Source: Octopus vulgaris (lineage: Eukaryota). From it: a stretch of 64,000 nucleotides of DNA. The notes under the pieces are model-generated. The model made no database searches, had not been told where the DNA came from, and saw only the letters and a list, made by a program, of their open reading frames with translations. This document shows, in pieces, positions 51,900 to 64,000 of this stretch; position 1 is the first letter of the stretch, and every line of letters begins with the position of its first letter. Location: positions 39,618,001 to 39,682,000 of the forward strand of contig OX597815.1 in assembly GCA_951406725.2 (NCBI GenBank), given 5' to 3'. The position numbers and the translations under genes were made by a program.

Positions 51900-54859
51900 A
51901 TATAATGGTCTAAATGGGAGTAACAGAACTCTTTTAGTTCCTGGAGTGAACTGCAAGTGCATATGAACCAGCATGGGGCACATCTGAAATAAGAAAATTT
52001 ATGAATCATTATTATTGACTTTGACAGTAATGCAATTTACATTAAATTACCGTTTTGGTCTTACGGCTTAAACCACTTCTTTTCATATGCATTTTCTCTG
52101 GTAGACCAAGAGTTAATACAGTTAAGTGGTTGAGTTTGCTGAAGATTTATATCTGGTTTTGAAGACACATGTATTGTAAGTTATCACAGAAAAAAAAAAA
52201 ATTATATTCAGAGAAATGTTGCGCAACAGATTATCTCTCCACAGGTGTTCCCTTCTCTTGTTAAACTCTTCCTTAGACAACATCACAATGTCACCTTGTG
52301 TTTAGTCACATGCTGGGAAGAAATATGAACAGTTCAAAGACCTAGATTTTTATTCCCAACAGAAAGGTGTATACTTTATATTCTTTTATTTACCCTCTTG
52401 ATACCAACCCACCTAAGATCAATTTGGGTTCTGGGATACAAAGTTTATATTCTTAAGTAATCAAAATTAAAATCTTCCATTCATATTTCATGATAATTTA
52501 TATTCTCTATACCAACTTACTAATGACAAGGTTATTTTACTAATGTATTTATAATTTTTGAAATTTAAATCAACAAAGGCAGTATATTTTAATATGTGTG
52601 TGTGTGTGCATGTAATTTATCTCCTGTCTTCTATGAAAATATATCAGGCCAAGGGGAAATATTACCTTACTTGGAAACAGATGAGGATTAATGACAGGTA
52701 GGGTATCCAGCCATAGGAAATCTACCTCAACAAATTCCACCTGACCCAGATCAATATAGAAACATGGATGTTAAAATGATGATGATGATGTTGGTAATAT
52801 ATATATATATATATATGATAACTTGTGATGCATGATATTTTGTGGTATATTTATACATAGTGTTGTTGTTAGTATTATCATCATCATTATTATGTATATG
52901 TGATATTTTTGGATATACGATATTGTATGTACATATTTCGTAATCGGTCATAAATCGATCATAATCGTACATAAATCGTAATCGATCAACATCAATGGAA
53001 TTTGTAGCTGTGATACCAGTGCTGGTGCACGTAAGAGAACCATCCGAACGTGGCTGTAGCCAGCACTGTCCCAACTGGCCTCCGTGCCGGCGGCATGTAA
53101 AGAGCACCAACCGATCGTGGCCATTTGACAGCCTCATCTGGCACATAAAAAGCACCCACTACACTCAGAGTGGTTGGCATTAGGAAGGGCATCCAGCTGT
53201 AGAAACATTGCCAGATCAGACTGGGCCTGGTGCAGCCTTCTGGCTTCCCAGACCCCAGTTGAACCATTCCACCCATGCTAGCATGGAAAGCGGACGTTAA
53301 ACAATGATGATGATGATGATGATGATATTTCAAAATATTAAGAATTTTTGTATGTGTATAATATATTATCATATGTATAAGATATTTTTTGAAATGTGTA
53401 CGAAATCGTCATTGTCGTCATTTTAAAATATATTTTCCCATTCTTGCATGAGTCAAACAGAATTGACTGCAGCAGATGTCCTTTCCCTCATCAACCATCA
53501 CCTGTTTGCAACCAAGGTAATGTTTTCCCCCTGGCTGGACATTTTCACAGAAGATTGGAAATGAAAAGCACACACATACACATCAGGCTTTGATCATCTT
53601 GGGACTATAGCAGAATATACTTGCCCAGGGTATCACACAGTGAGATTGAACCCCAAGATTAAGTAGTTGGGAATGGAATCTACTATTATGGAATATATAT
53701 ATTTCATATGTATATGATATTTCATGTTATGTATACATTATGTATATATATTTTGCAGGCATACTTTGACCAGAAGGCTCTAGAGTGAAAATCTTTTGTA
53801 CCAAGAACTAAAACAAGTGCTGCTTGTTATACAATACTAGGATAATGTACCAATATTTGTATAATTCCCAGCACTTTAATTTCATCAACGAATGGGCTTC
53901 AGAGCTTCAACTTTCTGATCACACATCCTCTACTAATAGGATTTTAATTGGGAGAGCTTGTGGACTTGTGACCAGCTTAATGTGAGGTGAGTAGCACAAA
54001 TGAAAATACTTGTGATTGTTTATGTATCTTGAATAATAAAATAATGTAATAGGCACTATTGCATGGTATACATATGTAGGTATCAATACTTTGCTGAGGA
54101 GGTCCGGTAATATTGAAACATATTTGAAGTTGTCCACCCTTGATATCAAAGAACAGAGACTCACTCTCTTCTCCTGCATATCTCAATTTAATTATTCTTG
54201 GATTGAAGTTTTCAGAGGTTTCTCCCTTGTTCCTTCTGAAAACAATTTTTATTCATACCAATGACTTTTCTTTTCATAAGGGTTATAATTTCAATTAATT
54301 AAAAATCACTTTGCAGCTTGCCACATAATGAATAATAGTCTGCCCTTAACTAATATGCTTCTTATGCAGAAAGCAACCTTAGGAAATTTTCCAATATCAT
54401 GTGTTCATAAACACTGTTGGTAAATGTGATATACAACTGAATATTATATAAAGCAGTAAAGAAGCAGTATGCCAAACAGTAGCATATGATTGTATGATAC
54501 TTGTATTCTAACAGTCATATTATTCTTTTTCTTTTCTTGTTACTTCATTGTTCATGGCTCTGTGCCACTATTTTCACACTCAACATCATGTGGTAGTGGT
54601 ACTGAGTGCTAAAAAAAAAAACAATCACAAGGAGCATTAACAGCTTAGCTCATTGACTCATACATATATATACATAGCATTATAACTATTAATAAGTTAT
54701 AGTCATTTTTTAAAACTGTTTTATCAAATAGATTTTTCTCACTCTATATAAAACCACAGGTGAGATGGTTTATTTTTTGGGCAATTGTTTTTACAGTTGG
54801 ATATCCATAAAACAATGATGATGATGATGATTCCTTTCCTGTAAAGTACCAGTAGAGAT

Positions 54860-54907
<48 letters not shown>

Positions 54908-55594
54908 TATGTGTGTGTGTGTGTGTGAGGAATGTATTGGCTGCATCAGAAACTAAACTTACAGCTCATGTCAGTAGCATATCAGGGCATGTAATTTATT
55001 TATCAAAATTCATAATTCTATCCAAACTATTTCTCTGGACATATTGTACTGATGAAGTGCATTTTCAAAAAAAATATTTGGCTGTAACTAAAATGTTATT
55101 TAGAAGTGAAAAGTGCAAACTAGTGTTTAAATCATGTTGTGGTTGACTTGTCCAAGTTGAGGCACTATCTGGTAGCTTGTTTATTACATTTAGAGATAAC
55201 AAAGTTTCTTGAGCACCTCATTTGGCAGGTCATAGACACATTCACTTGAAGTCGGCATGGGTTCAAAAGATTCAACTGAGGACAACAATTTTGTCAGTGT
55301 ATGCATTTAAAAGCTATACATCATGATGGACTACATAGATGGAATGGCTTACTCCTCCACAGAAACCTTAACCCACAACAAACTGGTAGATTTAAGAAAA
55401 TCCTTCATAAGTTCTTTAAAGACTTGGTGTTTTCTTACTGTAAAATAACTTAAAACTATGAACATTTTAGAAACCTTTCAGAAAAAAAAAACAAAAAAAA
55501 ACAGGAAAAAGATCAAATGCATACATAAATCCACTAATGACCCACAAAGCATATTCATTTAGGTTCTTGAACCTTTCATCTAATAAGAAAGTAC
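51900..55594 (-). ncRNA. Candidate spliced transcript without a long ORF (exons 55594-55525, 55437-55353, 54235-54165, 51983 onward)
   Basis: Acceptors tttcag, ttttacag, gttttcag, ttcttatttcag; donors gtatgc, gtaagc, gtgagt; an 87-nt T-rich intron; non-repetitive context. Confidence 0.4.
53000..53325 (+). mobile_element. RTE 3' UTR end
   Basis: Family motif and (gat)n tail. Confidence 0.82.
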
Positions 55595-58024
55595 CTGAAA
55601 TTTCAACATTTTATAAAACTGTACTAAAGAATAGAAACTCCAAAGACAGAACAAAGTAAAATACACAAACTAAACTACACCAATTTCAAAAAGCAACAAT
55701 TGACACCAAAAAATTACCATCTTGTTTAATCCACCAATCAACCTACAATGGTTCACCATCATAGCTCTTCTGTTCTTTAAATTACTTTTAAAACACTCCC
55801 CTCCAAATCATAGATATCACAAGTTAATCAACAAGCACAAATAAAAATATTACTCTCTATGACTTAAAAAAAAAACAGTAAGGAGTCTAGTTCTAACAAT
55901 TTTAACCTGATACCTTGTTCTACTAATTACAGTTGCATGAATCCTTCAGCCTATCCTTTAAACAGAGACTGTCTTCTATCAAAGAACCTAATATATGACT
56001 ACAGTAGTCACTATTACAACACACACATCCAACTTCATGTACTACAGATTCTACCATACATTTAATAACCAGTTCTTTGTATAGCTATACATGGTCTTTG
56101 AAATCAAGCGACATACCCAGTTTTATCAATTGGAAAACACACATTTCCAGCCTTTCCAAGCCTATAATAGATTGTTATATACTTCTGAACCCTTTTAAAT
56201 TCCCTACTCTAAAACAAACCACCTTACGTGTAACACTGAGTTGGTCTCTTCATACAAACACAAAATCTTCAAAGGTAATAAACTGCATCACTTCTAATTC
56301 AGCTAGACCTACAGCCTATAATCTCAATATCTTCATGCAAAGTCTTCCCACATTCCACCAACCTTGTGTTTTCCCTTCCACACATCCTTAATATATGCAT
56401 GTTGAATACAGGATTTTATGGCAAAGGTTGCATGTGTGTCTATACTCTCATTTGTACGCCTACAACTAAATGCTTATATGTGTAAATATAGGTGTATGCA
56501 CTTGTATAAGTGTAGGCATACATTTCTACATGAACTAATATTTGTAGTGGTTTGGGATGAGTAAATGAATATGTATCTGTGTCTAGTAATACTTGTTTGC
56601 ACTTACATGTATGTGTGTGCATATATGTATGTGTACATATGCACATGCAATAAAGACATGTCTATGTTCAAGTTTGATCTTTCTTATTAAAGATTTCTTT
56701 TTGTATTTTCTTTTTAGCTCTTTATATTTAGTTTCAAATAAATGTGTTCCTAAATCCATTAATATTCCCAGACCTTCCCTATTTCATTCTCAAAGCAAAA
56801 TGATGGCAATAATGCTGTTTTGTTTGTAGTAGGTTGGAAAGAATGGTAGGAATACTTTTATAACTGATAAAATCACCAACGCTGGGTTTAAAAATCATTT
56901 AATGGTCAATTCTGGTAGAATTCCTGATTTAGTTTACATATGTTTTATCTGCGTGTTTAAAACCTAATAACTTTCCACGGTCCATAATCTCCAAGAAATA
57001 CTTGCCAGCACTATAAAGAAGTACAAACTGGATAGGTACACTATATAGTCATCTGATAAGTTCTTAGAAATTCTACTGGAATCTGAGAAAGTTGGAAAAA
57101 ATTTCCCTCATGAACATCAAAAGTTTATCAATGTCCACTTATGGAAATTATAAACATAATTATGGATGATATATACATACTCTATACAATAAAACCACCT
57201 GTTATTGCATGAAACATTATAAGTTTCTATTGGCCAGCACATAAAGTTCTCTTCAGCTATCTTCAAGGTAATCTATACATCTAGAAGGATAGAGTGGTTA
57301 TGGATTTTAAATTCATATCTGTATTCAAGGCATTCTATATGGCTAGAGCAGAAAACAAAGTTGTTCCCATTAAGTATATTAGTGATATATTTATTGCAAC
57401 AGGTACAAACAGATTGATAGGTTTAAATATGAACTTCAAAAAGCTCTATCCTTATATTTTTGATCCAGCATAGCTCCAACATAAATTCAGACTCTATCAC
57501 TGCTTCATTCTTATATAAAGTGACAAAGAAATAAAGAACAATACATACAGCACTTCAGTTTATCAAAATACATGAAAAAATGCTTATGTAAACATGGTAA
57601 CAGTGAATGCCCCATAAATATAAAATCCGTTGACAAATCTCTTTTTAGTCAAGCTTTTAAATTTACATACACAAAAGAAACCTTTAGCATAAAACAAACA
57701 CTAGCTAATAATGGGTAATAATGAATAATTAATGGCCCAAGCCATAAAATAATAACAAATTTCCCCACAATGTTACAACAGATACAACAACTATTAAAAA
57801 TACACAAACTACATCCTATACTGCTAAAAACTAATTCAATCTGGTTATAAAATGGATAAATATGTCATTAGAAAACTATTATACCTCTACATATGTGTGT
57901 ATCTTATTTGTATATATATATATATTATATTGCTCAACAAATTCTGTCTAAGCCATTGAAGCATAGGAAAGTTAAAGTTAAAAACAATAGTGTTGATGAT
58001 GATATGTGTGTGGGTGTGTGTGTG

Positions 58025-58080
<56 letters not shown>

Positions 58081-58089
58081 AGAGATGTA

Positions 58090-60270
58090 GTGGAATCACA
58101 AGCAGGCTAACCGAGAAAGCATGCTTTGTATATAGCATATGCAATGGGAGCAATAACCACCAAGAACACTCTAGAAATAGATTTACTTAAATACCAGGCT
58201 GGCTCACAAGTAGTGGATAGTTTTAAATACCTAAGTGACATAATTAGCAGTGGAGGTGGTTGCTCCAAAAGTACAAAAGCTAGGGTAGAACTGGTTGGAA
58301 AATTTCTCGGATCTATTACTTTTGCTGGCAACAGAGTCCTTCCTCCTTGAAAGTGAAGGGGAATATGTAATATTTGTGTTCAAACTGCAATGCTGCATGG
58401 AATACAAAGATGTTTTGACACAGCCATTTTGGCATCACTTATTTGGCATTGTTGACTTAATGCTGACTTATTTGACATCAACCATTTTAATATGTATATA
58501 TTTCTGTGCATGTGTGCATGCATTTGCCTCCAGTACCAAAAAGTACTATCACTAAAACAAGCTGAATATCTAGTCAGCTGTGCCAAGTTATCTGCCTCAA
58601 ATCAGCTACACTAAGTCATCTCAAGTGGTGGGTGGGTGGGGGTAGATACAGCACACATAGAACATGAGGAAATTGAGAGACATACAGTGGCTGAGGAGGA
58701 GAGATGATTTAGTGGCTCAATGGATGTGTGTGATCAATGTTAAGAGTGGACAGAGAGAACAGTATTAATGAATGGAGTATAAATAATAAATGAAAAGGTT
58801 TTGAGGAGTAAAATAGGTGGTATCAAGGAAGAGCTGGAGTTAGGGCGATGATGAGTGCTGGGAATGCTTTGAAGAGGAAATTAAGCAAAAGGCCCACTTG
58901 TGCACGTATATACATACATCACACTTCCAGAACTTTGTTTTACCAAGGTAGGTGAGTCTTCTTGAGAACAACATTTCACCAGTCATCCCAATCCTTTGTC
59001 ATTTCTGAGTTTCAAGGTCCTGAGATCAGCCTTCATCACCCTGTCGTGACTTCTTGGCTCTCCTTCAACCCATGTTAAATGATCAGTACTTCTTTATACA
59101 GCTGTCTTCATTCATACGTATCACATGTCCATACCAGCACAGTCTTTCTTGCTTCCTACATTTGATTCCTTTTGTGCCCAGTTTTCCTCTCAGCACACTG
59201 TTATTCTTGCACATTTACACTACACATCCAACAGAACATGTTCATTTCATTTCTTTCCAGCCTATGTTTCACAACCACATAACATCGCAGTTCTAACCCA
59301 AGCATCATACTAATCTGTTTTTCACTCTAAGTGTAAATATCTTTGTTGCCAACAGTGGCAAAAGCTTCTTGAACTTCCTCCAACCTAGTCTTGCTTTTAC
59401 TACTATACTTTCAGAGCAAATACCTGCACTGCTAATTACATATCCTTGGTAACAAAAGCAATTAGCTACTTCTAGGGGGCCACCCAAGCATTTTAAAAAT
59501 CTATTTCTATTGTGGGGAAAGGGCCTCAAAGTTTAGGATCCTGCAACTGTCAAGGAAATAGCCTTGCTTCATATGCAGAAAAGGAGGGGATAGGAATTCA
59601 ATATGGTGTACTCAATTCACATTATGGATGCAGATGATGTGCAGTAGAATCAAAGGTATGTTAAAAGAGAGGGCAGACTACCTGTGGTACAGTAGCAATA
59701 AACTCTTAAGAGCAGAAGGAAAGCAAATGCCCCCCAAATTTTCAGGAGGAACATTTGAGGTGGTAAATAACTTTTATTTAGGTGACTTAATGAGCAGTGG
59801 TGGAGGATGGTCAGATTAATATAGTAGCCAGAGTAAGAACAGGTGGAAGAAAGTTCAGGGAGATATTATTTTTGTTGGTAACAAAAGGTTTATTACTCAG
59901 ACTGAAAATCTGACTGTATGATGCTTGCATACAAACTGCAAAGCTATATTGTAATGGGATATGTGTTCTGAATTCACAGGGTCTGCAAAGGCTAGAAAGA
60001 AAAGAATTAAGCATGCTGTATTGAATGTTCAATGCCAGTGTGCATGATTGGAGTACAAATATGTTTAGAGAAGAACTAAGTATAAGAGGAATAAGATGTA
60101 GTGTACAAGACAGATTGTTTTGAGTATGTTAGGCATATTGGTGAGGATAATTATATAAAGAAGTGCCAATGGCTCACAGAAAGAGGAAGACACAGGAAGA
60201 TATAGTATGAGATGGAGAATGTAGATCTCAGGATTTTAAGTCTCACTAAAGAGATGACAAACCATGTTAG
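58090..60270. mobile_element. Cluster of old RTE ORF fragments (58090-58420 plus, 58990-59500 minus, 59720-60270 plus)
   Basis: VVDSFKYLSDIISSGGGC; LEVANCFCYQG..GWRKFKKLLPLL; FEVVNNFYLGDLMSSGGG. Confidence 0.7.
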
Positions 60271-62037
60271 AAGGTTGTGTCCAGGGCTCTCAAAGTGTAA
60301 TGTACATGCATACTATGCACACAACTGTGTCCCCTTCCTTCCACCCAGACCACTGGGCTCCTCCCTTGAGCCACTTCCTATTGACATTCATTCCTCATTC
60401 TTACCATTGACACTCCTAACCCACCTTTGTTGGTATCCATCTTTTACACTTGCCCCTTCACAACATCTAACATCAACCCTCATTACCCTATCAATCTCCT
60501 CTTCATCACTCTCTTATCTACTGTATTATTCTGCTGTTGTAAGAAATGAAAGCAAAACCTGCTACTTTATACAATACCATATCACCATCTCTGCACTGCT
60601 AGTCACTACTCAATCTCTTCTGTGCTTCCCCTAACCAGCCTCCAACACTCCTTTTTATTGTACTCCACCCTTGTTCACCATTCACCATCTACATCCCTTA
60701 TTTACATCTGACTGCCTCCACATCTTGTTTTATATTCACTTCACTGTACTCCCACATTCTTACTTCCTTGCTTACCAACCTTTCTGATTTTTCTGTATGC
60801 ATGTTCATGTCTTTTTATCTCTTGGTCAAGTTACATATAGGTACATTCTGGTACCTCATCATTCACATATTTACCTTTGTTTGGGTTCTAATCCAGCCTC
60901 CCTGACCCACCTATGTAAAATCCAGGGTAGACGTGAATCTTCTCAACACCTTGCTTAATGTGACGTCTCTGTCTCCTATTCACCATCTCTTTAGTTTTGC
61001 AAATTACAAGGTGGCCTCATAACTGCTGGTGTTACAAAGAATGCACCCAATACATTTCATTAAGTAGCGTGCCTTATGAAGGGCTGTAGAAGTCATACAA
61101 AACTGGAACATTGGAAAAGTACATAGTTTTCTGACTTGCTGGATTCTGCCAAAACTTCCAAGCCTTGCCAGCATGGAAAGTGGACATAAAATGATAATCA
61201 TGATATATTTTACATGTGTGTATGTGTGTGTGTCATTTGTCTGTTTTCCATGCTGGCATGCATTAGATGAGCCAGATGATGTACTAAGCTATACTGTCTG
61301 ATTTAGTTGGATGCCCTTTCTAACACCAACCATTGTACAAAGTGTACTGGGTGCTTTTTCATGTGACACCAGCACCAGCAAGATAACCAGATAACTTGAA
61401 ACACAAGACCCCTCATTCAAGGGAGATAGTATTGAGGAAAGTGGCTTTGCGTTAGATGAGGGATTAGGGTATGAGAGATGAACAGAAACAGATGTCTTTA
61501 AGTAGAGGAGATACATGGTTACTCCAGTTTGAAAAGGAGAAGAGAAAGAGAGAGATGGGGCAAACCCTCAAGTGAAAAGAAGGGATATATAAGTGAAGTG
61601 GTACAAAGGACTGGATCAAGGAAGAGGGCAGGAAAATTTGCAAAAGAGAGTGAGCGATAACAGAGGAGAATGCAGTAAATGAACACAGGCTAAGGGAATA
61701 AGTGTTAAGAACATCCCTCCCTTTGTTGTGGGGAAGAGATACATGCTCTGTGCAGGTAAGTTTACTAAAGTGGGTGAGTGGGAGATATGGTAGGGGAATG
61801 CAGTGAGTGGTGAACATGGATGGAGCTGGGAATGTTAGAAAGATGAATTGTAGTGGAGAGAGACACAAATGTGAATGACATGCCTTTAGGGCCACATGTT
61901 TTCTTAAAGGTACAGGTCTTCTAAAGCACAGCAAATCACCAATCCTTTCTTCCGTGAGACTCAATATCAGAGGGTCATTTTTCATCACTTTATCCTATGT
62001 CTTCCTCGGTCTTTTTGTGTTTGTGTGCACATATGCT

Positions 62038-62100
<63 letters not shown>

Positions 62101-62547
62101 GTACATACAGAAATAAATCTGTATTCTTTTACTGATTTCAGCCAGTGACTGTGGCCATGCTGGGGCACAACCATTAGTGTTAACGATTACTTATTTCAAA
62201 CTCATTTCCCAGCTGTCTTTCCAGAATTGGTTCCAGTGAAGCAGTGAGTTGGACAAAACTGCCCTACTTTGAGCTTCTTGCTTGTTGGTACGTCTAGATT
62301 CTCAAATAAAATATTGTTTAAATATTCTGTGAGCACATCCACAACTATACTTTATAGATTTCTGAGGCTTTTTGAAAACATTGGAAAGCTGTGAGCTATT
62401 GAACCTTAAGCCATTACACTATTGGGCTCTTACTTTAGCTGAAGAGGGCTGGATCTTTAGTACTATGCAATGGCGCCCAGTTTGGTGGTTGGTATATTTT
62501 TCTATCCCCACACTGGATATTAGGCCATCTAGGATTATCCATATATA

Positions 62548-63478
62548 TATCATCATCATCATCGTTTGAAGTCTGTTTCCATGCTAGCATAGGTTTGATG
62601 GTTCGACTGAGGACTTGCAAGCCAGTAGGCTGCACTGGGCTCCTATCTGATCTGGCAATGTTTCTACAGCTGGATGCCCTTCTTAACACCAACCACTCCG
62701 AGAGTGTAGTGGGTGCTTTTTACATACCACTGGCATGGGAGCCAGTCAGGTGGCACTAGCATTGGCCACAACTACAATTTCACTTGACTCAACAGGTCTT
62801 CTCAAGCACAGCACATCACCTGCAATTCAAGGGTACTTTTAAATGGGCTGGTTATGCAACACTGGTATTGGCGACAGTAGCAATCTCACTTTAATTGCTG
62901 GTTCTTCTTAGTCACAACATATCTCTAGAGGTCTCTGTCTCCTGTCATTACCTCTGTGAGGCCTAACGTTCAAAGGTCATGCTTCACCACTTCATCTCAG
63001 GTCTTCCTGTGTCTATCTCTTCCACAGATTCCTTCCACTGTTAGGGTGTTACACTTCTTCACACAGCTGTCCTCATCCATTCTCACCACATGGCCATACC
63101 AGTGCAGTCATCTCTCTTGCACACCACATCTGATGCTCTTTATATCCAACTTTTCTCTCAGGGCACTTACACCCTGTTGTGTATGCACACTGACATTACA
63201 CATGCTGGTGACACATGAACAAACATTTGAGTGAGGTCATTGCCAGTGCCGCTGGACTGACTCCTGTGCAGGTGGCACATAAAAAGCACCATTTGAGCGT
63301 GGCCGTTGCCAGTACTACCTGACTGGCCCTCGTGCCGGTGGCACATAAAGGCACCCACTACATTCTTGGAGTGATTGGCGTTAGGAAGGGCATCCAGCTG
63401 TAGAAACTCTGCTAGATCAGATTGGAGTCTGGTACAGCCATCTGGTTTGCCAGACCTCAGTCAAACCATGCTAGCATG
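62548..63478. mobile_element. Back-to-back RTE 3' ends (62548-63203 minus with ORF end; 63204-63478 plus)
   Basis: Similarity to 7343-8545. Confidence 0.8.
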
Positions 63479-63489
63479 CTTAATAACTT

Positions 63490-64000
63490 AATAAAGATCA
63501 AGTGATCTTTATTCATGTTGGCTATAGCATCTCCAGTGATACTTTGAGCATGCTTTTTGGTCTCTCTCCTAATAACATCTAGCAGACATAGTAGTCCAGA
63601 GTCTTTAAATCAGAAGGGCTTGAATGTCAAATATTAGGGGCAACATAATCAGGAAAATTTTCAGCCATCTACTCCTGGGTTGTGCTGGCTGTGTGAGATG
63701 GTGCAGAACATGGAATGCATTCAGCCTCCCCTGCACAGCTGTTTCAATCCAGGCCTTTGTAACCATTTCCATTGTCTTGATGTAGGCTGCTGTATTGACC
63801 CTCTGACCTCATGGGAAAAGTAAGGAAATATGACCAAGCCCTCATTGCTCACAACTCCCAAGACCACCACAGATGATGGAAACTAGGTGTGCATAACAGT
63901 GGGGACTTTAGCAAGGCTGGCACAGACCCATCTGTCATTCTGTTCAATTTTTGATCTTGAATGAAGTTCTTTTCATCTGAGAACCAGAACATGTCAGGCT
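63490..64000 (-). mobile_element. maT/DD37D mariner transposase relic (catalytic domain)
   Basis: WFSDEKNFIQDQK, VVVLGVVSNEG, SAPSHTASTTQ, PSDLKTLDYYV; stops present. Confidence 0.85.

Noticed and set aside
54557-54607. Plus-strand hairpin resembling a pre-miRNA
   Set aside because: Short, with an asymmetric bulge and no recognisable mature sequence.
55296-55320. Possible C/D guide against the 18S rRNA GCAGUUAAAAAGCU segment
   Set aside because: Complementarity is imperfect and out of register with the D' box.
1-64000. The two mariner relics at the window ends as a single composite element
   Set aside because: Same orientation, overlapping transposase regions and diverged sequence indicate independent copies.

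Overview
Repeat-dominated, AT-rich animal genomic DNA. The SINE/LINE repertoire and (TA)n/(CA)n load strongly suggest an octopus or other coleoid cephalopod (inference). No intact protein-coding gene is evident; most ORFs in the track are microsatellite or repeat artefacts. Contents: many tRNA-headed SINEs (several with target-site duplications, TSDs), decayed RTE, CR1, Tx1/L1, R4/Dong-like and Penelope-like retroelements, two maT/DD37D mariner relics, hAT and Helentron-type MITEs, a possible TRIM pseudogene relic and a candidate spliced minus-strand non-coding transcript near 52-57 kb. Most notable: (1) a ~400-nt repeat family carrying a hammerhead-ribozyme core whose three strands lie in a non-circularly permuted (C-B-A) order with compensatory stems (6825-6885 minus; 1801-1862 plus); (2) a family of ORF1-only zinc-knuckle retroelements that shares a 3' tail with a Tx1 LINE and a SINE; (3) large palindromes at 3.2-6.3 kb with degenerate hammerhead-like motifs. 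All calls are by eye; no database search was run, and boundaries without a TSD are approximate.
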